From Actinomycetota bacterium (lineage in GTDB: Bacteria > Actinomycetota > Actinomycetes > Actinomycetales > Microbacteriaceae), in assembly GCA_039795455.1 (NCBI GenBank), contig JBDKLV010000056.1, forward strand, positions 355 through 64,354: a stretch of DNA of 64,000 nucleotides, read 5' to 3'. Position 1 is the stretch's first letter. Every line of letters starts with the position of its first letter. Of this stretch, positions 55,786 to 64,000 are shown in pieces. A program made the translations under genes and the position numbers. A model generated the notes under the pieces. That model ran no database searches, was not told the DNA's origin, and was given only the letters and a program-made list of their open reading frames with translations.

Positions 55786-56865
55786 CTAACCGCGCTGCAG
55801 CCCGAGCTGAATCAGTTCGTCGATTAGCTCCGAGTAACCCAAACCACTCGCCTGCCACAACGCCGGATACATCGACAGCGGAGTAAAGCCTGGCATGGTG
55901 TTGAGTTCATTTACAAAGTAACCATCGTCGGTAACAAAGAAATCTGCACGAGCAAGGCCTTCGCAACCCAGCGCAATAAATGCGTCGGCCGCAGATTCTT
56001 GTAATTTCGCGAGCAAAGCTGGCTCTACCTTTGCAGGCACAATCAGATCGACCGAGTCTTCGTCTTGATACTTGGCATCGAAGTCGTAGAACTCACGGGT
56101 CTTAACCACAATCTCGCCAGGAACCGATACACGAGGGCGCGAACCATCGCGCGACTCGAGTACGGCAAACTCAACCTCGCGAACCTTCAGCCCGCGCTCG
56201 ATGACAACCTTCTCGTCTTCTTCGAACGCCACCTCGAGCGCGGCACCAAGTTCATCGAACGACTTAACTTTGCTAACGCCCTTAGACGAACCGGCACGAG
56301 CAGGCTTTACGAAAATAGGCAGGTCACCGAGAGAGCGAATCTGCTCGAGCGATGACTCAGGGTCGAACATCCATGCAGATTTGGTGAGAACCACGTGCGG
56401 AGTAGCAGGGATGCCGACGCCCAAGAACGCATCTTTGCTGAGCTCTTTGTCCATGCCGCGCTCACTCGCCAGAACGCCGTTACCTACGTATGGAACACCA
56501 ATAGCCTCGAGTTCGCGTTGCACCTGGCCGTCTTCGCCGTATGGACCGTGCAACACCGGAAACACCACGTCGATTGCCCCAAGCGAGCGGCTACCGGCGG
56601 CATCGGTGTAAATCAGTTCGCGGTCACCAGAGAAGGCAACGCGGTTGCCTTCATCTTCGACTAAGGCTAGATCGCCTTTGCGCAGCGCCCACTTGCTCGC
56701 ATCGTCTGCGGCCAAAGTCCAGTCGCCTGCTTTGGTGATTCCGACCGGAACTACCTCGTACTTATTGCGATCGATCGCGCCAAGCACGCCGGCGGCAGAG
56801 GCACAAGAGATTTCGTGTTCAGACGAAGGCCCGCCGAACAAAACTGCAACGCGCAGCTTGCTCAT
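55786..56865 (-). CDS. ddl: D-alanine--D-alanine ligase
   Basis: GGPSSEHEIS, LHGPYGEDG, VKPARAGSS, FYDFDAKY, NELNTMPGFT motifs. Confidence 0.96.
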   Translation of the reverse strand: MSKLRVAVLFGGPSSEHEISCASAAGVLGAIDRNKYEVVPVGITKAGDWTLAADDASKWALRKGDLALVEDEGNRVAFSGDRELIYTDAAGSRSLGAIDVVFPVLHGPYGEDGQVQRELEAIGVPYVGNGVLASERGMDKELSKDAFLGVGIPATPHVVLTKSAWMFDPESSLEQIRSLGDLPIFVKPARAGSSKGVSKVKSFDELGAALEVAFEEDEKVVIERGLKVREVEFAVLESRDGSRPRVSVPGEIVVKTREFYDFDAKYQDEDSVDLIVPAKVEPALLAKLQESAADAFIALGCEGLARADFFVTDDGYFVNELNTMPGFTPLSMYPALWQASGLGYSELIDELIQLGLQRG

Positions 56866-57863
56866 TATTCGCGAACCGGTCCGTCGGTTTCGTGAGTCAG
56901 AGTCGGTGCAATGTCGCGTGGCGACATGCGGCCTTCGAGCACGGCGTTAACCTGCTCAACAATCGGCATGGTCACACCCTTGGCTTCGGCCAGGGCAAGA
57001 ATTGGCTTGACCGATGCGAGACCTTCGGCGGTCTGCGACATGCGCTTGAGTACCTCGCGAAGCGAGTAACCGCGACCGAGCATTTCGCCAGCCTTGTGGT
57101 TACGCGACAGCGGTGACTCAGACGTTGCAATCAAGTCGCCAAGCCCGGCAAGACCAACCATGGTGTTCGGTTGCGCACCGTAGGCAACTGCAAAGCGAGA
57201 AATTTCGGCAAGCCCGCGAGTCATGATCGATGCCTTTGTGTTTTCGCCGTAACCGACACCGTTGACGATTCCAATCGCCACCGCAATCAAGTTCTTCAAG
57301 ATGCCACCAAACTCGGTGCCAATCACATCGCTGTTGGTGAAAGTGGTGAAGTACGAATTTGAAGCAGCCTCGGCAACCAGCATTGCGGTGTCGCGTGAAA
57401 CCGAAGAAGCCACCGATGCCGCAGGCTGCTCGCCGGCAATCTCGAGTGCAAGGTTAGGGCCGCTAACCACGGCAATCTGCTTGGCCGAAAAACGAGTGGT
57501 CTCGGCAATGACTTCGCTCATGCGAAGGCCAGTGTCGCGCTCGACACCCTTCATTAGCGAAACAAGGATGGCGTCAGGCTCAAGCTGTGAGCCCCACTCG
57601 GTCAGGTTTGCGCGCAGGGTCTGCGAAGGCACCGCCAAGAACACCATCTGTGCACCCTTTAGAGCCTCGCCTACCGACGCGGTAGCGCGCAGGTTGTGCG
57701 GCAGGTTCACGCCAGGCAGGTAGTCGCCGTTGCGGTGAGTCTCGTTGATTTCTTCGGCAATGTCTTCGCGTCGAGCCCAAAGCCAGATCTCGTTGCCTGC
57801 GTCAGCCAATACCTTGGCGAAAGTCGTGCCCCATGAACCGGCACCCATCACTGCGATCTTCAT
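56865..57863 (-). CDS. gpsA: NAD(P)H-dependent glycerol-3-phosphate dehydrogenase
   Basis: GAGSWGT, SGPNLA, LKN, GLAGLGDL, SRN motifs. Confidence 0.96.
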   Translation of the reverse strand: MKIAVMGAGSWGTTFAKVLADAGNEIWLWARREDIAEEINETHRNGDYLPGVNLPHNLRATASVGEALKGAQMVFLAVPSQTLRANLTEWGSQLEPDAILVSLMKGVERDTGLRMSEVIAETTRFSAKQIAVVSGPNLALEIAGEQPAASVASSVSRDTAMLVAEAASNSYFTTFTNSDVIGTEFGGILKNLIAVAIGIVNGVGYGENTKASIMTRGLAEISRFAVAYGAQPNTMVGLAGLGDLIATSESPLSRNHKAGEMLGRGYSLREVLKRMSQTAEGLASVKPILALAEAKGVTMPIVEQVNAVLEGRMSPRDIAPTLTHETDGPVRE

Positions 57864-58642
57864 TGCTCGCCCTTCTTGAAATTGCCTGTCTCAGACTGCC
57901 CGTGTTCCATCGGGCTCCAAAGCTTTGCCGGTGGAGTCTCGCCGCGAAGCTCGCCAACAAGAACACTGATGTGCTGCATAACCTTTTCGGTCGCCTTGCC
58001 AACCTCTTGGTTGCCAAGTTCGCGACCGCGGAACTCATCGAGATTCACTTCGCCGCCGACCACCATACGAACGGGCTTCCAGAAGCCAGGGCGAAACTTG
58101 CTGTTGTACTGCGGCAAAACTTTTTCGGTGCCCCACTGCGCCATGTAGTAAACCGGCACACCGGTTTCGATTGCCAAACGAATCGCTCCGCTGCGACCGC
58201 GCATTGGCCAAAGGTTTGGATCGCGAGTGAGTGTGCCCTCAGGAAAAATCGAAACCAAGTGACCGGCCTTCAGATACTCTGCAGCTGCACGAAGCGGTTC
58301 GTCGTTGCGATAGGTCGAACGGTAAACGGGAATCTGTCCGGCATTGCGCAAAATCCAACCGATTACCGGGGTGCGGAACAATCCCTCTTTTGCCAAAAAG
58401 TGCGGGCCACGCTTGAGCTTGAAGAATACGAAGTATGCGACGGCAAGTGCATCCAAGTTGGTGACGTGATTGGCAACCAAAATGTAGCCGCCCTTTCTAG
58501 GCAGCTTGTCGACGCCCTCGGCCTTCACATAAAAACAGAGTCGAACTATTCCACCAAGCAGCGTTGCAACTAGGCGCATGACGAATGGTCGACCGCCCGG
58601 CTTGATTGCCGGCATCTTGAGTTCTTTTTTCGATTTCGCCAT
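57860..58642 (-). CDS. plsC: 1-acyl-sn-glycerol-3-phosphate acyltransferase (PlsC family)
   Basis: NHVTNLD (HX4D), FLAK, FPEGT motifs; start probably MAKSKK at 58642. Confidence 0.88.
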   Translation of the reverse strand: MAKSKKELKMPAIKPGGRPFVMRLVATLLGGIVRLCFYVKAEGVDKLPRKGGYILVANHVTNLDALAVAYFVFFKLKRGPHFLAKEGLFRTPVIGWILRNAGQIPVYRSTYRNDEPLRAAAEYLKAGHLVSIFPEGTLTRDPNLWPMRGRSGAIRLAIETGVPVYYMAQWGTEKVLPQYNSKFRPGFWKPVRMVVGGEVNLDEFRGRELGNQEVGKATEKVMQHISVLVGELRGETPPAKLWSPMEHGQSETGNFKKGEQ

Positions 58643-58655
58643 GAGCGGGTTCGAA

Positions 58656-59975
58656 CTACTCGTTCTCCGAGTAACTGAAGTCGGCACCAAGATCGGTGAG
58701 CTTCTGCAAGAAGTGCTCGTAGCCGCGCGAGATCAACTGCACGTTGGTCACGTTCGAGACGCCCTCGGCAGCGAGGGCCGCGACCATGTGGCTGAAGCCA
58801 CCGCGCAGGTCTGGCACGCGAATGTCGGCGCCCTTTAGCGGGGTCGGGCCGCTAATTACAGCGCTGTGATTGAAGTTGCGCTGCCCGAAGCGACAGGGGG
58901 TTCCGCCGAGGCACTCGCGGTAAATCTGAATCTGGGCACCCATGTCGACCAGGGCGTCGGTAAAGCCAAAGCGCTGTTCGTAGACGGTCTCATGCACGAT
59001 CGACAGGCCTTTGGCCTGAGTCAGCGCGACCACAAGTGGCTGCTGCCAGTCGGTCATAAAGCCTGGGTGAACATCGGTCTCGATAACCACCGGGTGCAGG
59101 TCGCCACCTGGGTGATAGAAGCGGATGCCCGCATCCTCGATCTCGAAGGCGCCACCGACCTTGCGATAGACGTTCAAGAAAGTCATGAGTTCGTTTTGCT
59201 GCGCGCCACCAACAAAGATGTCGCCCTTCGTTGCAAGCGCGGCCGCGGCCCACGATGCAGCCTCGTTGCGATCGAACAGCGCGGTGTGGCTGTAACCGCC
59301 GAGGCGCTTGACGCCCTCGATGCGAATCACACGGTCGGTGTCAACCGAAATGATTGCGCCCATCTTCTGCAAGATTGCAATCAGGTCGATGATCTCTGGC
59401 TCGATTGCTGCACCCGAAAGTTCGGTTAGACCCTCGGCGCGAGTTGCGGTGAGCAGAACCTGCTCGGTTGCTCCGACCGAAGGGTATGGCAGCGAAATCT
59501 TTGCGCCCTTCAGACCCTTTGGTGCACTCAATCGTGTTCCGTTTGGAAGTTCTTCGATTACGGCACCAAAGTTACGCAGCACCTCAAAGTGGTAGTCGAT
59601 TGGGCGATCGCCAATGTGGCAACCACCTAGGCCAGGAATGAACGCTTCGCCGAGTTGGTGAAGCAACGGACCGCAGAACAAAATCGGAATGCGCGATGAA
59701 CCGGCGTGAGCATCGATGTCGACCATGCGAGCGCTCTTCACGTTCGAAGGGTCGAGATCCATGGTGCCGTCTTCGGCGTGAGTAATGGTTACGCCGTGCA
59801 ACTGAAGCAGGCGAGAAACGATTTCGACATCTGAGATGAATGGAACGTTGCGTAGCTGACTCGGGCCATCGCCGAGCAGAGCGGCGACCATCGCCTTGGT
59901 GACCAGGTTCTTTGCACCCTTAAGGTCGATGCGACCCTTGAGCGGCTTGCCGCCGTTGACGGTGATCTTCGACAT
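58656..59975 (-). CDS. murA: UDP-N-acetylglucosamine 1-carboxyvinyltransferase
   Basis: GAKN, GGCHIGDRPID, SVGATE, PGFMTD, PDLRGG, RGYE motifs. Confidence 0.96.
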   Translation of the reverse strand: MSKITVNGGKPLKGRIDLKGAKNLVTKAMVAALLGDGPSQLRNVPFISDVEIVSRLLQLHGVTITHAEDGTMDLDPSNVKSARMVDIDAHAGSSRIPILFCGPLLHQLGEAFIPGLGGCHIGDRPIDYHFEVLRNFGAVIEELPNGTRLSAPKGLKGAKISLPYPSVGATEQVLLTATRAEGLTELSGAAIEPEIIDLIAILQKMGAIISVDTDRVIRIEGVKRLGGYSHTALFDRNEAASWAAAALATKGDIFVGGAQQNELMTFLNVYRKVGGAFEIEDAGIRFYHPGGDLHPVVIETDVHPGFMTDWQQPLVVALTQAKGLSIVHETVYEQRFGFTDALVDMGAQIQIYRECLGGTPCRFGQRNFNHSAVISGPTPLKGADIRVPDLRGGFSHMVAALAAEGVSNVTNVQLISRGYEHFLQKLTDLGADFSYSENE

Positions 59976-59978
59976 CTG

Positions 59979-60578
59979 CTAACTCCTAGCCGGCAGGGTC
60001 TTGGGGCGCCAAGCCTCGCGTCGTTGTTCGAAGTCGCTGATCGCGGCCTCGTCTCGCAGGGTCAAACCAATGTCGTCGAGCCCTTCGAGCAGTCGCCACT
60101 TAGTGTATTCATCGATGTCGAAATGAACCGTGAGGCTGCCAACGCTGACCGTCTGGGCCGCCAAATCGACCTTGGCCTCAATGCCAGGCTGGGACTCGAT
60201 GGCCTGCCAGAGCGCCTCGGTGTCGGCATCGGTAATGATTCCGGTGACCAATCCTTGCTTGCCAGAGTTGCCTCTAAAGATGTCTGCGAACTTCGACGAG
60301 AAGACCGCCTTGAAGCCGTAGTCACGAAGCGCCCAAACCGCGTGCTCGCGTGACGAGCCTGTACCAAAGTCTGGGCCTGCAATCAAAACCGAACCACTCT
60401 TATAAGCAGGCTGGTTCAGTACAAAGTTTTCATCGGCTCGCCACGATGCAAACAGCGCATCGTCGAAACCGGTCTTGGTAATTCGCTTTAGGTAAACCGC
60501 AGGGATGATCTGGTCGGTGTCTACGTTGCTGCGACGAAGTGGCACCGCAGTACCTGAGTACACATCGAACTTTTCCAT
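59979..60578 (-). CDS. leuD: 3-isopropylmalate dehydratase small subunit
   Basis: [33 protein letters not shown] motifs. Confidence 0.97.
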   Translation of the reverse strand: MEKFDVYSGTAVPLRRSNVDTDQIIPAVYLKRITKTGFDDALFASWRADENFVLNQPAYKSGSVLIAGPDFGTGSSREHAVWALRDYGFKAVFSSKFADIFRGNSGKQGLVTGIITDADTEALWQAIESQPGIEAKVDLAAQTVSVGSLTVHFDIDEYTKWRLLEGLDDIGLTLRDEAAISDFEQRREAWRPKTLPARS

Positions 60579-62014
60579 TAGCGAGCACCTCCATTGGTGC
60601 TTGCAACCAAGTCGGCCGGCGAAGAAAGCGTTCCGCGAATCGCGGTGGCGGCTGCCACGAGAGGCGAAACCAGATGGGTGCGCGAACCTTTGCCCTGGCG
60701 ACCTTCGAAGTTTCGGTTCGAGGTCGAAGCCGCGCGCTCACCTACCGCTAGCTGGTCTGGATTCATGCCGAGACACATCGAGCAACCGGCAAAACGCCAC
60801 TCGGCTCCAAAGTCTTTGAAAATCTTGTCGAGTCCTTCGGCCTCTGCCTGCGCGCGAACCTTTGCAGAACCCGGAACCACCATCATGCGAATGTGATCGG
60901 CCTTCTGCTTGCCTTCGATAATGGCAGCCGCAGCACGCAAGTCTTCGATGCGTGAGTTGGTGCACGAACCCAAGAACACAGTGTCGATCTTGATATCGCG
61001 CATCGGGGTGCCGGCGGTTAGGCCCATATATTCGAGCGCGCGTTCAGCGGCAACGCGGTCGTTCGGGTCGGCAAAGTCATCTGGCGCAGGCACATTGGCC
61101 AGCAGGCTCACGCCTTGACCCGGGTTGGTACCCCAGGTGACGAACGGGTCGAGAGTGTCGGCGTCTAAAAACACTTCTGCGTCGAAGGTTGCGCCCTCGT
61201 CGGTAGGTAGGGTCTTCCAGTATTCGACCGCCGCATCCCAGTCGGCGCCGTGAGGCGCGTGCGGGCGACCAAGCAGGTAAGCGAAAGTGATTTCGTCAGG
61301 AGCAACCATTCCGGCACGAGCGCCGGCTTCGATCGACATGTTGCAAATCGTCATGCGGGCTTCCATCGAAAGCGCGCGAATCGCACTGCCGCGATATTCG
61401 AGCACGTAGCCCTGACCGCCACCGGTGCCAATCTTGGCAATCACAGCAAGGATGATGTCTTTCGCAGTCACGCCTGGGCGAAGCGTGCCCTCAACGTTGA
61501 TCGCCATGGTCTTGAACGGCTTGAGCGGCAGAGTCTGCGTGGCAAGCACGTGCTCAACTTCGCTGGTGCCGATACCCATCGCGAGTGCGCCGAATGCGCC
61601 GTGAGTAGAAGTGTGTGAGTCACCGCAAACCACAGTGATGCCCGGCATGGTCAAACCAAGCTGCGGACCAACCACGTGAACGATGCCCTGATCTACATCG
61701 CCGAGCGAATGGATGCGAATGCCAAACTCTGCGGCATTCTTACGCAGCGCCTCAATCTGAGTGCGGCTGGTCAAATCGGCAATCGGCTTGTCGATGTCGA
61801 GGGTTGGGGTGTTGTGGTCTTCGGTGGCGATGGTCAGATCTGGGCGACGAACCGGGCGACCGGCAAGGCGAAGACCATCGAAAGCTTGCGGGCTGGTGAC
61901 CTCGTGCACGAGGTGCAGGTCGATGTAAAGCAGGTCAGGCGCCCCGTTTTCACCCTTAGCGACCAAGTGGTCGTTCCAGACCTTCTCGGCCAGGGTCAAT
62001 GGCTTATTGCTCAT
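60578..62014 (-). CDS. leuC: 3-isopropylmalate dehydratase large subunit
   Basis: [45 protein letters not shown] motifs. Confidence 0.97.
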   Translation of the reverse strand: MSNKPLTLAEKVWNDHLVAKGENGAPDLLYIDLHLVHEVTSPQAFDGLRLAGRPVRRPDLTIATEDHNTPTLDIDKPIADLTSRTQIEALRKNAAEFGIRIHSLGDVDQGIVHVVGPQLGLTMPGITVVCGDSHTSTHGAFGALAMGIGTSEVEHVLATQTLPLKPFKTMAINVEGTLRPGVTAKDIILAVIAKIGTGGGQGYVLEYRGSAIRALSMEARMTICNMSIEAGARAGMVAPDEITFAYLLGRPHAPHGADWDAAVEYWKTLPTDEGATFDAEVFLDADTLDPFVTWGTNPGQGVSLLANVPAPDDFADPNDRVAAERALEYMGLTAGTPMRDIKIDTVFLGSCTNSRIEDLRAAAAIIEGKQKADHIRMMVVPGSAKVRAQAEAEGLDKIFKDFGAEWRFAGCSMCLGMNPDQLAVGERAASTSNRNFEGRQGKGSRTHLVSPLVAAATAIRGTLSSPADLVASTNGGAR

Positions 62015-62120
62015 TTGGGCACCTCAAAACGCGTGAACCTCAAGTTTAACCGCGCCAGTCCGCTGGCGACTACCCGTCCGGCTTGACCGGCGGGGCTAGG
62101 CAGCGGTTTAGGCTAGGGCA

Positions 62121-63371
62121 GTGAGCGATTTCAACGTGGATGTCATCCAGCGCAGAACAGTACGTATCCTGACCGCAGGCCAGGTGCTCAGCGGGTTTGG
62201 GCTCGGTTCTACCCTCTCGATCGGCTCGCTCCTTGCCGTAGACCTCAGCGGCACCGAGGCCTGGGCTGGCTCGGCCGCCACGGCAGCAACCCTGGGAGCA
62301 GCAACCTGGGCGATACCGCTCGCCCGCCTGGCTTACGCCAAGGGCCGTCGAGTCGCACTGGCCACAGGTGCCGCGATTGCCATCACCGGAGCCAGCCTGA
62401 TCATCACGGCTGCGAGCATCCGTGTCTTTCCACTTCTGCTGGTGGCAATCTTCTTGCTCGGCGCCGGTTCGGCCGTTGGCCTTCAGGCTCGCTTTGCAGC
62501 CACCGACCTGCCGTCGACCGGCAAACAGAGTCGCGACCTGTCTCTCGTGGTCTGGGCAACCACGGTCGGCGCCGTCATCGGCCCGAACCTATTCGGCCCG
62601 GGCGAAATCATCGGTGCGTTCTTGCACTTGCCTCACCTGACCGGCCCATTCGTCGTGACCATCGCCGCTCAACTCGCAGCGTCGACAACTTTCTTCTTTG
62701 GTCTACGCCCAGACCCATTGACTCTTGCCAAGACTCTCGGCGATGCCAAGAAGATGAAGCAGAAACTTTCGTTCGCAACCGCGATTCAAACTTTGCGCGA
62801 ACATCCGCGTGCTGCATATGCCGTGATCACGATTGCGCTTTCGCACATGGTCATGGTGTCGGTCATGTCGATGACACCGGCCCACTTAAAACTTCACGGC
62901 GCAACTCTGGTTGCCGTCGGCTTCACCATCAGCATTCACATCGCCGGCATGTATGCGTTCAGCCCTCTGTTCGGAATGCTCGCCGACAAGATCGGCAAAT
63001 TGCAGTCTGTAATTGTGGGGCAAGTCATTTACATTGCCGCGCTGTCATTCGCCGGCTTCGGCATGGAGAACCACGACTCGGTTTTGCTCGGGCTGTTCTT
63101 GCTTGGCCTCGGTTGGAGTGCATCGACGGTTAGTGCGAGCGCGCTGCTGAGTGCATCGCTGCCGACCGAACAAAAGTCGAACGTTCAAGGCCTAAGCGAC
63201 ATGATGATGAACCTAAGCGGTGCATTCGGTGGCGCAATCGCCGGCTCAATCATGGCCGCACTGATGTTCGTCGGGCTCAACCTTGCAGCATTGATTCCGG
63301 TTTCGATCATCCTTGTGTTAAGTGCGATCGCCCTGCTGCGTTCGAAAACACAACAGGGCGAAACGCTTTAG
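62121..63371 (+). CDS. MFS transporter
   Basis: About 12 TMs, GRR loop, QARFAATD, GMLADKIG. Confidence 0.88.
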   Translation: MSDFNVDVIQRRTVRILTAGQVLSGFGLGSTLSIGSLLAVDLSGTEAWAGSAATAATLGAATWAIPLARLAYAKGRRVALATGAAIAITGASLIITAASIRVFPLLLVAIFLLGAGSAVGLQARFAATDLPSTGKQSRDLSLVVWATTVGAVIGPNLFGPGEIIGAFLHLPHLTGPFVVTIAAQLAASTTFFFGLRPDPLTLAKTLGDAKKMKQKLSFATAIQTLREHPRAAYAVITIALSHMVMVSVMSMTPAHLKLHGATLVAVGFTISIHIAGMYAFSPLFGMLADKIGKLQSVIVGQVIYIAALSFAGFGMENHDSVLLGLFLLGLGWSASTVSASALLSASLPTEQKSNVQGLSDMMMNLSGAFGGAIAGSIMAALMFVGLNLAALIPVSIILVLSAIALLRSKTQQGETL

Positions 63372-63375
63372 AGGC

Positions 63376-64000
63376 TTAGGACTCCTGGCGCTTGACGGCC
63401 GAGCGGCCGAGTAGGTACTGACCCAAGAAGCCCAGAACCAAAGCCAAGAAGACACCAATGTTTGACCAGTACCAGGCCGAGTTGTCGCCGGTCACGCCCA
63501 TGGCGTTGAACAGGTAACCCTCCCAGGTGGTAAAGCTCAGCGAGGTGTCTGGGCTAACAATGAAGCCGTAACCCACGATGCTCGCGACCACCATGGTGCC
63601 AACGGCGACCCAGTTGAACGAACCGTAGCGACCGGTAGAGGTGTACAGCGAACGCTCGTCGTAGTCGCGCTTGCGCGAGACCAAGTCAGCGATAAAGATG
63701 CCCGCCCAGGCAGCCATTGGCACACCAAGGATGTACAGACCAGCCTGGAATGGCCAGAAGAAGTCGCCCGCGATCCAGACGAAGTAGATGGTTCCGAGAG
63801 TCATCAGCACGCCATCAAGTGCAGCAGCCTGGTAGCGCTTGAACGGAAGGCCGAGGGTCAGCAGGTTCAGACCCGACGAGTAAATGTCGAGAATTGCTCC
63901 ACCCATGAAACCAAGCAGTGCAAGCACGATGAACGGAATCAAGAACCAGTTAGGAAGCACTGCGGTAAGCGCGCCGATTGGGTCGCTACCGATGTTCTTC
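63376..64000 (-). CDS. Purine-cytosine permease (NCS1 family), 5' part outside the window
   Basis: Frame is open to the window end (..GSDPIGALTAVLPNWF..); DIYSSGL..L and W.GIFIAD motifs. Confidence 0.8.
   Translation of the reverse strand, partial: KNIGSDPIGALTAVLPNWFLIPFIVLALLGFMGGAILDIYSSGLNLLTLGLPFKRYQAAALDGVLMTLGTIYFVWIAGDFFWPFQAGLYILGVPMAAWAGIFIADLVSRKRDYDERSLYTSTGRYGSFNWVAVGTMVVASIVGYGFIVSPDTSLSFTTWEGYLFNAMGVTGDNSAWYWSNIGVFLALVLGFLGQYLLGRSAVKRQES

Noticed and set aside
56040-56100. D-Ala-D-Lac (vancomycin-resistance-type) ligase, suggested by FYDF
   Set aside because: The diagnostic omega-loop residue after Lys is still Tyr (AKY), consistent with D-Ala-D-Ala.
62015-62120. Leucine attenuator or riboswitch upstream of leuC
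   Set aside because: There is no Leu-codon leader ORF or terminator, only short GC hairpins upstream of the putative promoter.

Overview
This is a gene-dense core-chromosome segment of a high-GC actinobacterium. Gene content, synteny, short proteins and very small intergenic gaps suggest Microbacteriaceae, possibly a streamlined freshwater Rhodoluna/Aquiluna-like lineage (inference). It contains: (1) the argS-lysA-hom-thrC-thrB-rho-prfA-prmC-tsaC-wecA-atpI-like-atpB run; (2) a sugar cassette (AglE-like ABC binding protein, two permeases, a clan GH-J fructosidase, a LacI-type operator) between argS and tRNA-Arg(CCG); (3) dedA, rdgB-rph-murI, DUF3039, htrA and tRNA-fMet; (4) the conserved actinobacterial UPF0182 / PDZ-Lon / zincin-like / ThiF-like / uvrD2 / nudC / adnAB / DUF3107 / ferritin-like / DEAD-box block; (5) PHP, pepP, MgtE-N/DUF1003/mrp/ALDH, tatB, O-methyltransferase, DUF3117, GT-C, dapE/dapD and thiL; (6) leuC-leuD-murA-plsC-gpsA-ddl, an MFS gene and a partial NCS1 permease. 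I saw no integrase, transposase, prophage or CRISPR array. The most notable observations are: about 15 genes with a leaderless TAnnnT-N6/7-start architecture, including overlapping bidirectional -10 elements; a dedA start codon 1 nt after a CCA-less tRNA (possible tRNA punctuation); tandem hairpins with matching loops in the rho leader; several apparent pseudoenzymes clustered around adnAB; and a possible split MgtE-sensor/DUF1003-pore channel. All family calls come from motif recognition by eye, not database searches.
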